From contig JBBRCH010000008.1 of NCBI GenBank assembly GCA_038204995.1, positions 18,077 through 82,076 on the forward strand: DNA of 64,000 nt. Direction: 5' to 3'. This document shows, one piece after another, positions 61,701 through 64,000 of the stretch. This DNA comes from Bacteroidales bacterium. Lineage in GTDB: Bacteria; Bacteroidota; Bacteroidia; Bacteroidales; UBA4417. The position numbers were made by a program, and so were the translations under genes. Under the pieces are notes generated by a model. The model saw nothing but the letters and a program-made list of their open reading frames with translations. It did not search any database and was not told the DNA's origin. How positions within the stretch are numbered: position 1 is the first letter of the stretch; each line of letters begins with the position of its first letter.

Positions 61701-62098
61701 CGCACAATCTCATCCGTATTCATTTTTTCGGATGAATAGCCAATTTCGCGTTTCTCCCTTTTCACACCCAGGGCCCCTACAACATATTCTTTAAGTTCTT
61801 TAAACTCAGGCTTCATGATTACATCAATTACCTGTTGATTGCCAACGGTAATTTCAACTTCAGAGTAACCAAGGAATCGGAAAACCAGAACCGATGTTTC
61901 CAAAACACCCGGCAGTTTATATTTCCCGTTTATGTCAGTAATAGTGCCCTGTGTAATCCCTTTAATCATAATAGTTACTCCGGGTAGTGTTGCACCATCA
62001 TCCTCGGCTGTAACTATACCCGTAATAGTCCGGTTCTGGGCAATGGCACCAAAGGCAACTGCCAGGATGAAACTAACAAAGACAAGTAATTTCTTCAT
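58778..62098 (-). CDS. susC: SusC/RagA-family TonB-dependent transporter
   Basis: N-terminal CarboxypepD_reg-like domain; plug motifs IRG...PLIVVD and VLKG.AASALYG.RGANGVILITTKRG; RNDWSSTLP; C-terminal Phe. Confidence 0.96.
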   Translation of the reverse strand: MKKLLVFVSFILAVAFGAIAQNRTITGIVTAEDDGATLPGVTIMIKGITQGTITDINGKYKLPGVLETSVLVFRFLGYSEVEITVGNQQVIDVIMKPEFKELKEYVVGALGVKREKREIGYSSEKMNTDEIVRSSTANVIGAIAGRSAGVMVSQGDGVEGGSTRIVIRGNNNLAKNNQPLIVVDNVPLDNVSGLNDVGRGVDWGNGISDLNAFDIQDYTVLKGGAASALYGERGANGVILITTKRGKKQNGIGVTYNFNYKLTHPYRYREVQNKYGHGGPITFSEPGFPLSADGTLLYPGIYGTDKLILNQDGEVSSTSDEFGYYGSAVSWGPEMKGQNVKWWDGEIRNYSPQPDNLKMAFRDGNTQTHNVSVQGGTDKGTLRLSFTRQDHTPIIDNSNYNRTTVNFGTNIKISDKLKADAALTYVKFNRQNSPMIGEDGNSFSKGYLYSWPRSYQGIDKQNYQLADGTQNLEEGYPFLYVDKHLWWNYYNNNTWQDRDKYTGSVALIYDITSWLSATGRAGRDYTVEQFMSKNKPVDFIGIQGGGYSSSLAKMTSDNMEFLVTAHKDGILGSKLNARFSVGSSRWNYESYGISGHSGTWYYPNMYTFLNFTEYSFSTDENGNTIVVNPGNSAGSMAPGEAILKQRTNSVFSFLNLAYDNFIFLELTGRNDWSSTLPDNNNSYFYPSVSISFIASEAFKLQEKVPWLYFLKIRGGLAQTANSASPYQKNFYYNTNLFGGQQSSSLPGIIPPFELKPQFVNGYEAGINLGIFDNRIDIDFTYYYKHSFNQILNLPVPVSSGASSITINEGELSNKGYEVIINTVPVQTNELIVKAGLNFSRNRNYIVSLGGYSDSYHLADIWGLNGPAMELYEGDEYGTITGYDYVYDDKGNRILNDEGTKYLITDTRVPIGNASPKFIAGLTSEIIYKNFSLNALVDTKWGGDIYCGSYVIALQTGQSPETLLERDGGGLPYTDPEGNVRNVGVILDGVYADGSPNDKVVHYYYKYLPNAGGWGKFVSTPGILENTWVKMREISLSYKLPPNVLKKMKVFQSLTLSVVGRDLFYIYTTLPDKINPEGVIGSGNAQGFEWASFPGTRSFTFGANVNF

Positions 62099-62495
62099 GC
62101 AATAGTGATTTTTATTATCAGGTAAAATTCCATCAATCCATGCAACTTTATTGATCAGTATTGAATTGAAAATATTTTAAAAGGTACAGATGTCCCACAA
62201 CACTTAATTATAAAATTATTAAAGTTGCTATCACAAAAATAGGAATATTATCAAGAAAGCTTAAAAAAATAGTAAAAAAATTTGGCCCGGCTTATATTTC
62301 TATGATGATACGATTAATGCATACATTAACCCGGGAATATATTATATTCAACAGCTAATCCGGAATTCACAAAATCATGTTCCTGTTTGAAATAAAAATG
62401 TAAACTTTACACAAAATCTGTTCAGGATGTTCTTATACTGATCAGATCACCTGAACTGAATCATCGTTTGAATCCCGAAGAAAACTGACTTAAAT

Positions 62496-63068
62496 ATGAG
62501 GGAACATCACCATTTTATCCACCATAAACCTTACGGCTACCTGTGCCAGTTCGTATGTGAACTTCCCAGGAAAAAACTGGTTGGTTCATTATTTGATTTC
62601 CCTGAAGGCACCATGGCTGTTGGTCGGCTGGATGAACAAAGCGAAGGATTATTGTTGCTGACTACTAACGGGCAGGTAAGTGAACACATACGAAGCCGTA
62701 AAATCGAAAAAGAGTACTATGCTCAGGTTGACGGACTGATAACGGATGAAGCCGTAGAACAATTGAAACAAGGGGTTGAGATTGGTATCCGCGATGTGAA
62801 ATACCTGACGAAGCCCTGCCAGGTTTTCCGCCTCGGGAGCGAACCCGGTTTTGCTCCCCGAACCCGAAAAATCCGTGATGACCGTCACGGCCCGACCAGT
62901 TGGGTATCAATTACGCTTACCGAAGGTAAATACCGACAGGTGCGTAAAATGACAGCTGCAGCAGGCTTCCCGACACTGCGCTTAGTACGGGTTCGAATTG
63001 GGAATATTCATCTTGGTGATTTGAAGGCGGGAGAGGTTAAGGAAGTTGATAGATTTGAAATATCCTGA
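62496..63068 (+). CDS. rluE: Pseudouridine synthase, RsuA family (RluE-like)
   Basis: KPYGYL, GRLDEQSEGLLLLT, and TEGKYRQVRKMTAAAGFPTLRLVR motifs. Confidence 0.88.
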   Translation: MREHHHFIHHKPYGYLCQFVCELPRKKLVGSLFDFPEGTMAVGRLDEQSEGLLLLTTNGQVSEHIRSRKIEKEYYAQVDGLITDEAVEQLKQGVEIGIRDVKYLTKPCQVFRLGSEPGFAPRTRKIRDDRHGPTSWVSITLTEGKYRQVRKMTAAAGFPTLRLVRVRIGNIHLGDLKAGEVKEVDRFEIS

Positions 63069-63280
63069 ATAAAAGAAGGTTTTAGTATTGAATTGTAAAT
63101 TTTAGAACTTAGCTTATACCATTCTGGTGATGAGCTATTCTATATCGGTTTCTTTTGTCGTAAATTTGAAACTTATTAGCCGGAATATTGTTCAAGTAAT
63201 TGTTTCTTCTGTGGTGAGATTGGAACAACTATTCTGAGTAAAAAATATTTGTTCCCGGAAGAAATAAGGCAGAACTTATT

Positions 63281-64000
63281 ATGAGCCGATTGCCAATATA
63301 TAGAGTCTATTCAGTTGCACGGCAACCTTGCAGGCATCTGCTTTCAATGTGGCTTATAATTGCATTGGTGGGTTTTCACACTTTGACTTCAGCTGAAGGG
63401 ACAAAACAACTCGAACCCCGGAATGCTCCGGCAAAGTCAGTTTGCAAAATAGCACTTTCACAAAATATATCTGAATACAGGATTCCATTTGCATTGCAAA
63501 ATTGCAGCGCAGATTTCAGGCTGAATGTCCGAATTAACGATTTCTCAAGTGAAAAAATCTATTTGGGTTTTGGGGATGTTATTAATTATGCTGGTGATAC
63601 TATTATTTATTCTGATGTATTTTTCCAGGCAAAAGATCCTTCAGGCACTCTTGTTACAGGCCCTTCACTTCTTCCATTACCTCTTCCTGTAAATTCAGGA
63701 TATATCAGTACCCGAAGTCAGGTTGATGCAGGTCCCGATATCAATAATACAAACCCAGCAGGATATAAGCCTTTAGTGATAACACCTTATATGAATGGTG
63801 ATTATATAATTGAGTTCAGAATCCCCGATGCCTCTCAATCCGGTTCCGTTATAGAGGAGATAAGAGTATTTAAATATTTTGACATTACAGTTGCAAAAGG
63901 GAATAATCCTGTCCCGGGACGCTTATGGAGTAAAGCCTGGCAGCTGAGCTCAGGAAGTGTAATCGCAGATACAAGTGCATCGCATTCTTTGTTTTACATC
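63281..64000 (+). CDS. Secreted protein, open at the window edge (absent from the ORF track)
   Basis: Hand translation gives an open frame from ATG 63281: MSRLPIYR...LIIALVGFHTLTSA|EGTKQLEP...EKIYLGFG...GDYIIEF...FDITVAKG..PVPGRLWSKAWQL... Confidence 0.75.
   Translation, partial: MSRLPIYRVYSVARQPCRHLLSMWLIIALVGFHTLTSAEGTKQLEPRNAPAKSVCKIALSQNISEYRIPFALQNCSADFRLNVRINDFSSEKIYLGFGDVINYAGDTIIYSDVFFQAKDPSGTLVTGPSLLPLPLPVNSGYISTRSQVDAGPDINNTNPAGYKPLVITPYMNGDYIIEFRIPDASQSGSVIEEIRVFKYFDITVAKGNNPVPGRLWSKAWQLSSGSVIADTSASHSLFYI

Noticed and set aside
63380..63445. Apparent structured RNA (GACTT...AAGTC, CCGGA...TCCGG)
   Set aside because: Lies inside the open frame starting at 63281 (AEGTKQLEP region); no riboswitch consensus

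Overview
Chromosomal window from a Bacteroidota bacterium, probably Bacteroidales (TAnnTTTG promoters, SusC/SusD, many T9SS C-terminal sorting domains). Layout: (1) 0.1-8.2 kb, a surface-glycosylation cluster with three GT-C-like membrane proteins sharing a C-terminal CBM-like domain, a GT2 and a flippase-like protein; (2) 8.4-17.7 kb, 2-oxoacid:ferredoxin oxidoreductase, ferredoxin and sucAB; (3) 17.9-23.2 kb, DUF4139 protein, nadB, gamma-carbonic-anhydrase-like protein and a Zn peptidase; (4) 23.8-36.1 kb, the conserved skp-skp-bamA-uppS-DUF6089-nadK-POTRA-CBS / pdxJ...ybfF block; (5) 36.1-41.4 kb, PspC/LiaF envelope-stress genes, tatC and a C69 peptidase; (6) 41.6-54.2 kb, an accessory stretch with T9SS cargo (one tandem duplication), pseudogenes, HU and a TIR-TM-SPOR receptor-like gene; (7) 54.3-62.1 kb, a SusC-SusD-PNGase F-like locus; (8) a pseudouridine synthase and a truncated secreted-protein ORF. 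No rRNA, tRNA, CRISPR array, integrase or transposase was seen. Best novelty candidates: the Toll-like TIR-TM-SPOR protein, a ~57-bp imperfect hairpin found twice 24.5 kb apart, the triple GT-C/CBM glycosylation module, a 4-Cys tail on SucA, and recurrent intergenic elements bounded by inverted repeats and heptamer repeats. All family calls come from visual motif recognition, not database searches.
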